Below are positions 40,262-50,468 of a stretch of 64,000 bases of DNA, in pieces. This stretch comes from an uncultured Acidobacteriaceae bacterium (GTDB lineage: Bacteria > Acidobacteriota > Terriglobia > Terriglobales > Acidobacteriaceae). The stretch lies in contig CAVQJM010000023.1 in the NCBI GenBank assembly GCA_963712845.1, positions 15,304-79,303 on the forward strand, in the 5' to 3' direction. Within the stretch, counting starts at the first letter, position 1, and each line of letters starts with the position of its first letter. Below the pieces are notes generated by a model that was given only the letters and a program-made list of their open reading frames with translations, was not told where the DNA came from and searched no databases. A program made the position numbers and the translations under genes.

Positions 40262-41293
40262 ATGCGTCTGGCCGCAATCGCTTGCTCGCTACTGGTCTGC
40301 TGCCTGAGTTTCTTCTGCCAGAGTTATGCCCAGGACACATCGCCTCATCCTGACACTCCTCCCACCATCCGTGTGTCTACAGAGTTCGTCGTTCTGGATG
40401 CTCTGGTGGCGAACAAAAAGACGGGGAACCTGCTCGGCAATCTGCAATCCAGCGACTTCGCCTTGTCAGAGGATGGGGTTAGGCAGCACATCACTTATTT
40501 CAGCCATGACCAGCTGCCCCTCTCGGTGGTATTTTTCTTCGACCTCACCGACACCGTTCGTCCGGTTCTGAAGCCCCTCGCGGAAGGTGCGCGAGAGATT
40601 CTCGGTCACCTCAAGCCGCAGGACGAGGTAGCCGTTATGGTTTTCTCTTCGCATACGGAACTGCTTCAGGACTTCACTCAGGATCGTGCCCTTGCTGCCG
40701 ATGCTATCGCCAAGGCCTCCGACATGAAGAGCGACGACGGCACCTTCATCCACGAATGCATGTACGAAGCTGTCGAACAGTCCATGCGTTCCACCATTCC
40801 CGACAGTCGCCGCGTCATGATCTGGTTGACCGACGGAACCGCGAATTTCGAAAACTCCTTCACCCAAAAGACGATTGGGAAGAATGCTCCGGCGCATCTG
40901 CACACCAAGGACGAGGCGACGGAGAAGTTGCTTCGCTCCGGTGTCGTCACCGCAGCGCTCATCGATCGAAGCTCGGGCACGGATGCCTTCGTCGTTGCCG
41001 CAGACGTGAACCCATTCGCGATGATGTTCGGCGGCCGCATGGGGGACGTCCGCAAATATGCCGACCTGACCGGAGGCCCGGTTCTCAACACCAGCAAGAA
41101 GGAAGTTGCAGCGCGGCTAGCGGAGTTGATCGACCAGCTTCGCGGCCGTTACACAATTGGCTATAAGCCGTCCGGCTCCAAGTCCCAGGGAACCTTCTGC
41201 AAGTTGCACCTCGAACTCACTCCGCAGGCTCGCAAAGCCGATGTTGCTGTGCGCGACAGTGTGGTGCGTACCAGGCACGGCTACTATCGCTAG
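40262..41293 (+). CDS. VWA domain-containing protein (Acidobacterial TIGR03436-like family), secreted
   Basis: Signal peptide, then the block VSTEFVVLDALVANKKTGNLLGNLQSSDFALSEDGVRQHITYFS and VWA-like VVFFFDLTDT...EVAVMVFSS. Confidence 0.7.
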   Translation: MRLAAIACSLLVCCLSFFCQSYAQDTSPHPDTPPTIRVSTEFVVLDALVANKKTGNLLGNLQSSDFALSEDGVRQHITYFSHDQLPLSVVFFFDLTDTVRPVLKPLAEGAREILGHLKPQDEVAVMVFSSHTELLQDFTQDRALAADAIAKASDMKSDDGTFIHECMYEAVEQSMRSTIPDSRRVMIWLTDGTANFENSFTQKTIGKNAPAHLHTKDEATEKLLRSGVVTAALIDRSSGTDAFVVAADVNPFAMMFGGRMGDVRKYADLTGGPVLNTSKKEVAARLAELIDQLRGRYTIGYKPSGSKSQGTFCKLHLELTPQARKADVAVRDSVVRTRHGYYR

Positions 41294-41369
41294 AGCTTTT
41301 TGCCGGGTGAGAGCGGAAGCAATCTGCTCGCAGCACGTAAAGTTGCTCCGCTCTTCTAGAACCCTGAAC

Positions 41370-42614
41370 ATGCGATCCGGCCAACCCAACTATAATCAAG
41401 AGTTCATGCTGACGCCTGCACGTATCGCGGCCGCTCGCGAGCGCATCCGCGATGTCCTCTACTATTCGCCCTGCCAGATCTCGCACGATCTCTCCGAGTT
41501 GGCCGGCCATCCCATCTATCTCAAGCTGGAGAACCTGCAGCGCACCGGCGCCTTCAAGGAGCGCGGCGCGCTGAACCGGCTGCTGCAACTCACGCCGGAA
41601 GAGCGCGCGCACGGCGTGATTGCCGCGAGCGCCGGCAACCACGCGCAAGGCGTGGCCTTTCATGCGGCGAGGCTGGGCATTCGCGCGCGCATCGTCATGC
41701 CGCAGCCGACGCCGCTGGTAAAGGTCTCCGCCACCCGCGGCTTTGGCGCGGAGGTCATCCTGCATGGCGCAAATTATGACGAAGCCTGCGAGGAGGCCAC
41801 GCGCCTGCAGCAGGCAGAGCAACTCACCTTCATCCATCCCTTCGATGACGATGAGGTGATCGCCGGGCAAGGCACGATCGGGCTCGAAGTGCTGGAGCAG
41901 CTTCCGGATGTCGAAGCGATTGTGGTGCCGATCGGCGGCGGCGGCCTGATTGGCGGCGTCGCCTGCGCAGTGAAAGAGGCGCGGCCCGATGTGCGCATCG
42001 TCGGGGTGCAGACGGAGCGGCTTGCGTCGATGTTGCGCGCTGTCGAGCACGGCAGCCCGGTAACGCTGCCGGCGCAGGCCACCATCGCCGATGGAATCGC
42101 GGTGCGCCGCGCCGGTGAGCGCACATTTCCATTGGTCCAGCGCTACGTGGACGAGATTGTCACCGTGGATGAGGAAGAGATTTCAAGCGCCATCCTGGTA
42201 TTGCTGGAGAAGGAGAAGACGCTGGCCGAGGGTGCGGGCGCCGCGGCGCTGGCGGCGCTGCTCCAGGGCAAGACGGGCCTGCGCGTGGAGAAGACAGTGG
42301 CGCTGGTGTGCGGCGGCAATATCGATGTCACGCTGCTCTCCCGCATCATCGAGCGCGGCCTGGCCAAGGACGGGCGCCTGTTGCGCATCCGCGTGTACCT
42401 GCTCGACCGCCCGGGATCGCTGCATCAGCTCACCCGCATTCTGACCGAGTGCGAAGCGAACATCGTGCAGACCAGCCACAACCGTTCCTACTACGGCGTG
42501 AATCTGGGCGATACCGTCATCGAGATCACGCTCGAGACACGCGGTTCCGCGCACATCGCGGCGATTGCCGATGCGTTGACCGCTGCGGGCTACCGGCATG
42601 AACGCGTTCATTGA
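41370..42614 (+). CDS. ilvA: Threonine ammonia-lyase (short form with one C-terminal ACT-like regulatory domain)
   Basis: PLP-Lys block LKLENLQRTGAFKERGA, plus ASAGNHAQGVA and GGGGLIGG. An alternative start at 41406 (MLTPARI...) is equally plausible. The ORF-track start at 41157 overlaps the VWA gene and is rejected. Confidence 0.88.
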   Translation: MRSGQPNYNQEFMLTPARIAAARERIRDVLYYSPCQISHDLSELAGHPIYLKLENLQRTGAFKERGALNRLLQLTPEERAHGVIAASAGNHAQGVAFHAARLGIRARIVMPQPTPLVKVSATRGFGAEVILHGANYDEACEEATRLQQAEQLTFIHPFDDDEVIAGQGTIGLEVLEQLPDVEAIVVPIGGGGLIGGVACAVKEARPDVRIVGVQTERLASMLRAVEHGSPVTLPAQATIADGIAVRRAGERTFPLVQRYVDEIVTVDEEEISSAILVLLEKEKTLAEGAGAAALAALLQGKTGLRVEKTVALVCGGNIDVTLLSRIIERGLAKDGRLLRIRVYLLDRPGSLHQLTRILTECEANIVQTSHNRSYYGVNLGDTVIEITLETRGSAHIAAIADALTAAGYRHERVH

Positions 42615-42730
42615 GGGAGCAGAAGCAGAAAGAGCGCCCCGGTTAGGGCGCTCTCGCCAGCCTGATTCACAACGACTAACCCAAGGAACAAGCACAACAG
42701 TGTTGCAAAGGACTGCAGCCCGAAAGCGCG

Positions 42731-43144
42731 CTACTTCTTGGCGTATTGCTTCAGCTTCGCGAGACTGTCAAAGTTGGAAGCTTCGAGCAAACCGGAGTTG
42801 CCGCAGTTGTCCACCTCATACGTGTTGTAGTTGCGGTGAACGAAGAGCAGATACTGTTTGCCGGTTTGCATAGGGAACTTGGTCGGACTGTTCTCGCTGA
42901 AGATTTCAACGACATCCCGATCGACCATGCGTCCCTTGATGACACGATCCACGTGCACGATGTAGTTGATGCCGTCCATGTGGAACGAGGAATCGGGCAC
43001 CGGTACAGCAGCTTCGACTGTGGCGACCATCGTGGTGCCGGCCTGGTGTAGCTCCTGGTTCAAGGAAATTCGATTGTTCTGACACTGGGCAAGGCAGGTT
43101 GCCGAGGCAGCGGCGATTGCCAGCGAAACGATCAAAGTCGTCAT
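42731..43144 (-). CDS. Small secreted hypothetical protein (137 aa)
   Basis: The ATG at 43144 gives MTTLIVSLAIAAASATCLAQ / CQNN... (signal peptide). The mature part has Cys at the extreme N-terminus and one near the C-terminus (VDNCGNSG). It is markedly more AT-rich than the surroundings. Confidence 0.55.
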   Translation of the reverse strand: MTTLIVSLAIAAASATCLAQCQNNRISLNQELHQAGTTMVATVEAAVPVPDSSFHMDGINYIVHVDRVIKGRMVDRDVVEIFSENSPTKFPMQTGKQYLLFVHRNYNTYEVDNCGNSGLLEASNFDSLAKLKQYAKK

Positions 43145-43492
43145 GTGGGTCCCCCAAATACTGCAAATACTTCTCTCTGCGACTGCGCGTAGATGGAGAA
43201 TCCCATGCACGGTAGAGACGGCCAAGCGAAACCACTCCCAGCCATATGGTTAACCCCTTACCGGGGACTGCACTTTCCGGGACGTCCCGGCCGTGCAATT
43301 AGTAACTTGCGTAATGTAAATTTCTCATGGTTTTGACTAACTGTCACCGCAAATCACACAAATGAATCATCTTGCCAGGAACTGTTAATTCTCTCAACAA
43401 CGAAGCGATTACCTGGTTACCGAATCGGCATTTCCAGCGGCAGAAGTAAACTCTGGTCTCCAGTCTGTGAGCGGACGGCCCCACCGTGCACA

Positions 43493-44317
43493 ATGGACGC
43501 AGCTATGTATGCCAGGCGGACCGCACGAGCCGTGCGACAGATGGTGGTGAACCATGGCTGGGCCGCACTCATGCGGACCGCTCGCGCCCGCCTGCGGCAG
43601 AGGCTGCGCCGTAGGTCGTTACAGCCATCGGATACGACCACCTGGCTGCCCACCGCCGAGCACGCCTTCGACCACCAATATGGCGTGGATACCAGCGGAC
43701 TCGTGTGGAGCGTCGATCTAAAGACCGGCAGCCCCAACGACGCATGGAACACCGCGTACTACGGCATCGGGCCCTCGGTCTTTCACCACGTCATGGCGCA
43801 AGTGCCCGCGTCGCTGCGGAGGACCGCCACCTTCATTGATCTGGGGTGCGGCAAAGGCCGCGCCGTGCTGCTGGCGTCGGAGTATCCATTTCCCCGCGTC
43901 ATCGGTGTCGAGATCGCTCCCCAACTGCAGCGCATCGCGGTCGAGAACGTCGCCCGATATACCTCCGCGCGAACGGCAGAGGAGCGCGGCCGCGTGGCCC
44001 CAATGCGCGTCCTCCTGGAGGATGCGGCGAACTACCGCTTCCCCAGCGGCCCGCTCGTCGTCTATCTCTACCACCCGTTCTGCCGTCCGGTATTGGAGAA
44101 GGTGCTCCGCAATCTGGGCCGCTCGCTTGCGGAGGAGCCGAGAGACGCTGCCGTGATCTACATCAACCACGAGCTGCGCGATGCGCTGGATCGCGCACCA
44201 TATTTGCAGCAGGCATGGAGTGCAACGGTGGAGATGGATATAGCCGACCGGCTGGCCGATCGCATCGGTTCGAGCATGGAAGACTGCGCCCTCTACCTGA
44301 CACGTCCTCAAGACTAG
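43493..44317 (+). CDS. Class I SAM-dependent methyltransferase
   Basis: Motif I FIDLGCGKGRAVLLAS, then VIGVEIAP and a post-I acidic residue. 274 aa. Confidence 0.75.
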   Translation: MDAAMYARRTARAVRQMVVNHGWAALMRTARARLRQRLRRRSLQPSDTTTWLPTAEHAFDHQYGVDTSGLVWSVDLKTGSPNDAWNTAYYGIGPSVFHHVMAQVPASLRRTATFIDLGCGKGRAVLLASEYPFPRVIGVEIAPQLQRIAVENVARYTSARTAEERGRVAPMRVLLEDAANYRFPSGPLVVYLYHPFCRPVLEKVLRNLGRSLAEEPRDAAVIYINHELRDALDRAPYLQQAWSATVEMDIADRLADRIGSSMEDCALYLTRPQD

Positions 44318-44433
44318 AGCGGCAGATCTGCTCCATGCCGCGGCGCACGCAAGTGGTAGTGAGAGGCAGGCTTTGAGCGGGCACTAGCCGCGTAGAATCT
44401 TTCCAGTTCCCCAAAGGAGAAAGGCAAAACATT

Positions 44434-44844
44434 ATGGCAAGTGAAGTGACGCTGGATGCAGCCCGCCGCGTGATCGCGGCAGCGGAGAAGAAGGCGAAGG
44501 AGATCGGCCAGCCCATGAACATCGCGGTGGCTGACGAAGGCGGCAACCTGGTGGCCCACGTGCGCATGGACGGCGCATGGATGGGGTCGGTGAACATATC
44601 TATCAACAAGGCCTGGACCGCGCGCGCGTTCGATATCACGACCAAGGACCTGGGCGACAATTCGCAGTCCGGCCAGCAATTCTTCGGCATTCACGCGTCG
44701 AACGGCGGCAAGGTGATGATCTTCGCCGGCGGCATTCCGCTGAAGAAGGGCGGCAAGGTTGTCGGCGCCATCGGAGTTAGCGGAGGCGCGGGCGAACAGG
44801 ATCACGCGGTTGCCGAAGCCGGCGCAGCAGCATTTGGTTCGTAG
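44434..44844 (+). CDS. GlcG/HbpS-like heme-binding protein (DUF336)
   Basis: 136 aa: MNIAVADEGGNLVAHVRMDGA, SINKAWTARAF, GGIPL...GAIGVSGG..EQDHAVA. A strong RBS (aaaggagaaagg) lies upstream. Confidence 0.8.
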   Translation: MASEVTLDAARRVIAAAEKKAKEIGQPMNIAVADEGGNLVAHVRMDGAWMGSVNISINKAWTARAFDITTKDLGDNSQSGQQFFGIHASNGGKVMIFAGGIPLKKGGKVVGAIGVSGGAGEQDHAVAEAGAAAFGS

Positions 44845-44956
44845 CCGTCGCGGCTACGAGTCTTCAGCCTCTATGCAAAATCCACAGCATTTGCGGGTCT
44901 TCTCCAGTGAACGTATCCGTCTGGGCACTTCGCGACCCGTGGTCTCCAGCGCTAGC

Positions 44957-45913
44957 ATGAAGAGGCTCTCGCATTCTTCGCGTACCTGCTTTCGGGCAAT
45001 GCGCTGCCTTCACCCTTGTATGCACTTTTGTCATCGCTTCGCAGGCGTGTCTGCGCTCCTCTGCCTGGTGTTTCTGCTGATGCCGCATACGGTTCTGGCC
45101 GCGCGGCATCGGCAGCGTCATGCCACATCGCGGCCGGCACATCACCGGCGCGAGCATCATGTGCGCCCGCACACCGCGCGAGTCCTGCGGCGTGCGCGCA
45201 GGCATGGCACAGAAGCTGTGCGTGCCGCGGCTCGCACGGAGACGCAGCGCGTGGCCCGCGGCGAAGATACCGACTCCTCCGGGTCCGCATCGCTGAACCT
45301 GCCGGAACAGCCGCTTGCCCGCATGAATCTGCCGCCGCTGCGCGGCAGCCATGAATCGCTGGTGCGCCAGAACGAGCGTGCCGAAGAGGATGGTCTGCTG
45401 CGGGTGAAGGACGACGCGGATCTCCAGATGCTGCGCCGCCAGGGCAGCCTGGTCGCGCTGCCGGAGCTCGCATCCATGCGTTCGGACGCCCGGCTCCCGG
45501 CGAACCGCCGCTACTGCCGCGTGTGGACCAGCCACTTTCTCACCGATCTGGCTCGCGTCCACTACGAGCGCTTCCACAAGCCACTGCAGATCAACTCCGC
45601 TGTGCGCACCATCCAGTACCAGCGCCGCCTGCTGCACATCAACGGAAATGCAGCGCCGGCGGAGGGCGATGTCGCCTCTCCGCATCTGACCGGCGAGGCG
45701 GTGGACATCGCCAAGAAGGGGCTGTCGCCATCGGAGGTCGCATGGATGCGCGCCTATTTGCTGCCGCTGCAGACGGCAGGCAGGATCGATGTCGAAGAGG
45801 AGTTTCAGCAGTCCTGCTTCCACATCTCGGTCTACAGGGCGTACACGACACCGCGCCCGGAGCTCGCGGCTCCCGCGAAGTCTTCGGCACTGGTAGCCTC
45901 CGGCGTTCGCTGA
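44957..45913 (+). CDS. LAS/M15 (VanY-like) metallopeptidase-fold protein with signal-anchor and His/Arg-rich segment
   Basis: The C-terminal half carries the SxHxxGxAxD Zn motif (ASPHLTGEAVDI) and a later His (CFHISV). The N-terminal hydrophobic segment is FAGVSALLCLVFLLMPHTVLA. The start is uncertain, and the ORF is open from 44759. Confidence 0.6.
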   Translation: MKRLSHSSRTCFRAMRCLHPCMHFCHRFAGVSALLCLVFLLMPHTVLAARHRQRHATSRPAHHRREHHVRPHTARVLRRARRHGTEAVRAAARTETQRVARGEDTDSSGSASLNLPEQPLARMNLPPLRGSHESLVRQNERAEEDGLLRVKDDADLQMLRRQGSLVALPELASMRSDARLPANRRYCRVWTSHFLTDLARVHYERFHKPLQINSAVRTIQYQRRLLHINGNAAPAEGDVASPHLTGEAVDIAKKGLSPSEVAWMRAYLLPLQTAGRIDVEEEFQQSCFHISVYRAYTTPRPELAAPAKSSALVASGVR

Positions 45914-46000
45914 CACCGCGCCCATTTCTTGCAACCCGTATTGCCGCCCTCAGTGTCATCATGCGATAGCATCGGTACCGCACTGGACGGAGGGCGCAGC

Positions 46001-47058
46001 ATGCCAGCGAAGCGCACGATCGGAAATGTCACGGCTTCCACTGACCTGCTCGAGATGGCGATGGGCTTCGCGCCAAGCTGCGTGCTGTGCGCGGCGGCCC
46101 GGCTCGGCGTTGCCGATGCGCTGGGCGACGCGGAGCGAAGTGCGTCGGAGGTTGCGACGGCGTGCAATGCGGATCCCTCAGTCCATGTACCGGCTGCTGC
46201 GAGCGATGGCAGCACTCGGCCTGCTCAACGAGACCAGCCCGCAACACTTCCGGCTCACCGAGCTGGGCCGGCCGCTGCGCAAAGATGTGCCGGATTCGGC
46301 ATGGGCGGCGGTTGTCTTCTGGGCCGACCTGCTTGCGAACTTCTGGTCGCGAGCTCGGCGAGTGCGTGCGCACCGGAAAAAACGGCGCGCAGGTGATGGA
46401 GCAGGCGGGCATTCCCTCGCGGTGGTCGCAGGAGCCTGATGCCGGCTCGATCTTTCGCGCAGTCATGGGCACCAGCCCGGCAGAGGACTACGCGCCCATC
46501 GCCGATGCGTGGCCGTTTCCCGCCAGCGGCGTGGTGGCCGATCTCGGCGGCGGTGGCGGCTCGCTCATCCTTGCCATACTGGAGCGCTACCCAAACGTGC
46601 GGGGCATGCTGGTGGACAGGGATGCCTCCATCGACGAGGCCACGGCTCGCTTCCAATCCTTATCGCTGGCAGACCGCTGTGAGCTGATTGCCGCCGATCT
46701 GACCGAGACAGTGCCGCCCGGCGCCGATGTCTACATGCTGAAGCATGTGCTGCACGGATACACGGACGATAAGGCAGTCGCCATCCTGCGTCATTGCCGC
46801 GATCTCGTTCCGCCCAATGGAAGCCTGCTGGTGATCGAGTTTGTGCTGCCGGATGTTGTTTCCGGACCGGCGCCGGAGCTTGTCGGACGCTTCATGAGCG
46901 ACCTGAACATGCTGGCGGTGACCAGCGGCCGCGAGCGCAGCGAGCGCGAATGGCGGCAGTTGCTGGGGGATGCAGGCTTCACGCTCACGCGCAACGTTCC
47001 GGTGCCGGAGCTCGATGTGTCGATTCTCGAAGCGCATCCGATGCCCGCATTGGAGTAG
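46001..47058 (+). pseudogene. Class I SAM-dependent O-methyltransferase (plant/actinomycete COMT-like, with N-terminal dimerisation/wHTH domain) split over three frames
   Basis: Frame a: MPAKRTIGNVTASTDLLEMAMGFAPSCVLCAAARLGVADALGD...ACNADP. Frame b: QSMYRLLRAMAALGLLNETSPQHFRLTELGRPLRKD...ANFW. Frame c: RELGECVRTGKNGAQVME...VVADLGGGGGSLILAILERYPNVRGMLVDR...YMLKHVLHGYTDDKAVAILR. Breaks fall at about 46175-46178 (CCC run) and about 46338-46352. Confidence 0.75.
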
Positions 47059-47069
47059 CCGCAAGACAA

Positions 47070-47095
47070 AGCGCCGCGGAATTCTCCGCAGCGCT
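47070..47095. terminator. Hairpin between convergent O-methyltransferase and fabF genes
   Basis: AGCGC-C-GCGGA attc TCCGC-A-GCGCT: 10 bp with one mismatch and a 4-nt loop. Confidence 0.45.
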
Positions 47096-47115
47096 CTGTT
47101 ACGCGTAGAAGTGAG

Positions 47116-48369
<1,254 letters not shown>

Positions 48370-48371
48370 GG

Positions 48372-48617
48372 TTACTTGCCGCCTTTCGCGTGTTTCTCGA
48401 TATATTCCGTCGCGTCCTTCACGGTCTTGATCTTCTCGGCATCTTCGTCCGGAATCTCCATGTCGAAGGCCTCTTCAAACTGCATCACCAGCTCAACAAC
48501 GTCGAGCGAATCTGCACCCAGGTCTTCCTGGAAGGAGGCGCTGGGAGTGACCTCGGCCTCATCCACCTGGAGCTGCTCTACAATGATCTGCTTTACCTTC
48601 TCGTCCACTGCTGCCAT
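48372..48617 (-). CDS. acpP: Acyl carrier protein
   Basis: The ATG at 48617 gives [51 protein letters not shown], with the DSLD phosphopantetheine site. The stop is 2 nt before the fabF start. Confidence 0.95.
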   Translation of the reverse strand: MAAVDEKVKQIIVEQLQVDEAEVTPSASFQEDLGADSLDVVELVMQFEEAFDMEIPDEDAEKIKTVKDATEYIEKHAKGGK

Positions 48618-48846
48618 GCGTATCTCCTCGATCACCGAATCGAATGAACTGAATCCCTTTGAGACTATCAGGTACGCGGCATACGGGCGCACCTGTAGGC
48701 GCCTGCACCCGGTGTGTGAATGCGGGGTCCCGAACTCCCAAGTCTACTGAGGGGGTCTGGGGGTGTAAAGGCAGGCGACCTGGCACCGATAGACGCCGCT
48801 CAGGGCAACTTCGAGGCGGTAAAGTGCGAGGGAAGCGGTTGGGTTC

Positions 48847-50121
48847 ATGAACGTCATGGTCTATTTGCTATCGGCGCTCGCCTCGCTCGTCATCGGCGGG
48901 CTGGTGGGTTATCTCGTCGCCCTCTCCCGGCGCACGGCCATGGCCGAGGAAACAGCACAACTGCGCAGCCAGGTTGCGGCACTGGACGCCACCCTGGCCG
49001 CTGAGCGCAGCGCGCAATCACGTCTGGACGATGGGCGCGACCTTATGGCCGATCAGTTCCGCGTGCTGGCCAACAACATCCTGGAGGAGAAGTCGCGCCG
49101 CTTTACCGAGCAGAACCAGACCAACCTGGGGCAACTGCTCGATCCGCTCAAGACGCGCCTGCAGGAGTTCCAGACCAAGGTGGATCAGGTCTACGTGCAG
49201 GAGAGCAAGGACCGCAGCGCGCTGGCCCAGCAGGTGACCTCGCTGCTGGAGATGAATCAGCGGCTCGCCGCCGAGGCCAGGGATCTGACGCTGGCGCTGA
49301 AAGGCTCCGCGAAGACGCAGGGCGACTGGGGCGAGGTCATACTGGAGCGCATTCTCGAAGCTGCAGGGCTGCGCCGCGGCCATGAGTACACCGTGCAGGA
49401 GACCATCGCACGCGAGGACGCCACGCGCGCGCGGCCGGACGTGATCCTGCATCTGCCCGGCGATCGCAAGCTGGTGATCGATGCCAAGGTGTCGTTGCTG
49501 GATTACGGGACATACTGTGCGAGCACGGACGATGGGTTGCGCAAACATGCCGCCACACGCCATTGCGCATCGTTACGCGAGCACATCCGGGATCTCGCAG
49601 CGCGCAACTATCATCGGCTCCCCGGGCTGGAGACGCTGGACTTCGTCATCCTCTTCGTGCCCATCGAGCCGGCATTCCTGCTGGCGCTCGAAACCGACGG
49701 CAACCTGTGGGTGGACGCGTGGGAGAAGAACATCCTGCTGGTCTCGCCCAGCACATTGCTCTTCGTCGTGCGCACCGTGGCGCATCTGTGGAAGCAGGAA
49801 GAGCAGGTGCGCAATGTGCAGCAGATCGCCGAGCGCGGCGCGGAGCTCTACGACAAGTTCGCCGGCTTCGTCGAAGACTTGAGCAAGGTGGGCGCGCGCA
49901 TCGAGCAAACACACATTGCCTACGAAGCGGCCTTCGACAAGCTCACCCGCGGACGTGGCAACCTGGTGCGCCAAGTGGAGATGCTGCGCGCGCTCGGTGT
50001 GCAGCCAACCAAACGGATGCCGCGGCAACTCACGCAGCGCGCCGAAGATGTCGAGATATTCGAGCTCACCACGCCCGAGCCCTCAGAGGAAACAGCGGAG
50101 ACGGACGGCGGTCCATCCTAG
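48847..50121 (+). CDS. rmuC: DNA recombination protein RmuC
   Basis: 424 aa with an N-terminal TM helix, a long coiled coil, and the C-terminal RmuC nuclease-like domain (PDVILHLPGDRKLVIDAKVSL..., FVILFVPIEPAF, LLVSPSTL). Confidence 0.85.
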   Translation: MNVMVYLLSALASLVIGGLVGYLVALSRRTAMAEETAQLRSQVAALDATLAAERSAQSRLDDGRDLMADQFRVLANNILEEKSRRFTEQNQTNLGQLLDPLKTRLQEFQTKVDQVYVQESKDRSALAQQVTSLLEMNQRLAAEARDLTLALKGSAKTQGDWGEVILERILEAAGLRRGHEYTVQETIAREDATRARPDVILHLPGDRKLVIDAKVSLLDYGTYCASTDDGLRKHAATRHCASLREHIRDLAARNYHRLPGLETLDFVILFVPIEPAFLLALETDGNLWVDAWEKNILLVSPSTLLFVVRTVAHLWKQEEQVRNVQQIAERGAELYDKFAGFVEDLSKVGARIEQTHIAYEAAFDKLTRGRGNLVRQVEMLRALGVQPTKRMPRQLTQRAEDVEIFELTTPEPSEETAETDGGPS

Positions 50122-50468
50122 ACGTACATCTCCGCATGTTGCTCAGTCTCAACGCGCGCGGGCCATACCACAAACGGGTAGCTTGCAAAGCGGCGCGCCG
50201 CTCGGTAGCATCCGAAACAGAAACCGGCCTGCAAAGCAGGTGCGGAGCTAACGCTGGTAGAACCTATAATTCTTGAACAGGGACTCGACTCGAATAATTG
50301 GCTCGGTGTGCAGTGTCCGCCAGTCCGGAATGCCTAAAGAGCTGCGGAGAGTCCCACCGTCTTAGGACGGGTTCACCAGCGCGCAACGCACGGCCCCGTG
50401 GGTCGGTTTTGTTCCTCTTCTTCCCGCCCGATCTGTTCCCCTGCCCTGCGAGGTCATTCCTTTAAGCA

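Noticed and set aside
44864-45934. 356-aa minus-strand ORF
   Set aside because: It is antisense to the M15-like gene, whose SxHxxGxAxD motif supports the plus strand. The minus-strand product is Arg-rich and low-complexity.
50122-50468. RNase P RNA, SRP (4.5S) RNA or tmRNA in the rmuC-lgt spacer
   Set aside because: The universally conserved strings are absent on both strands: GAGGAAAGTCCGG and ACAGAACCCGGCTTA for RNase P, GGTCCGGAAGGAAGCAGCC for SRP, and a tRNA-like acceptor/T-arm plus tag ORF for tmRNA. The region is kept only as an unclassified candidate.
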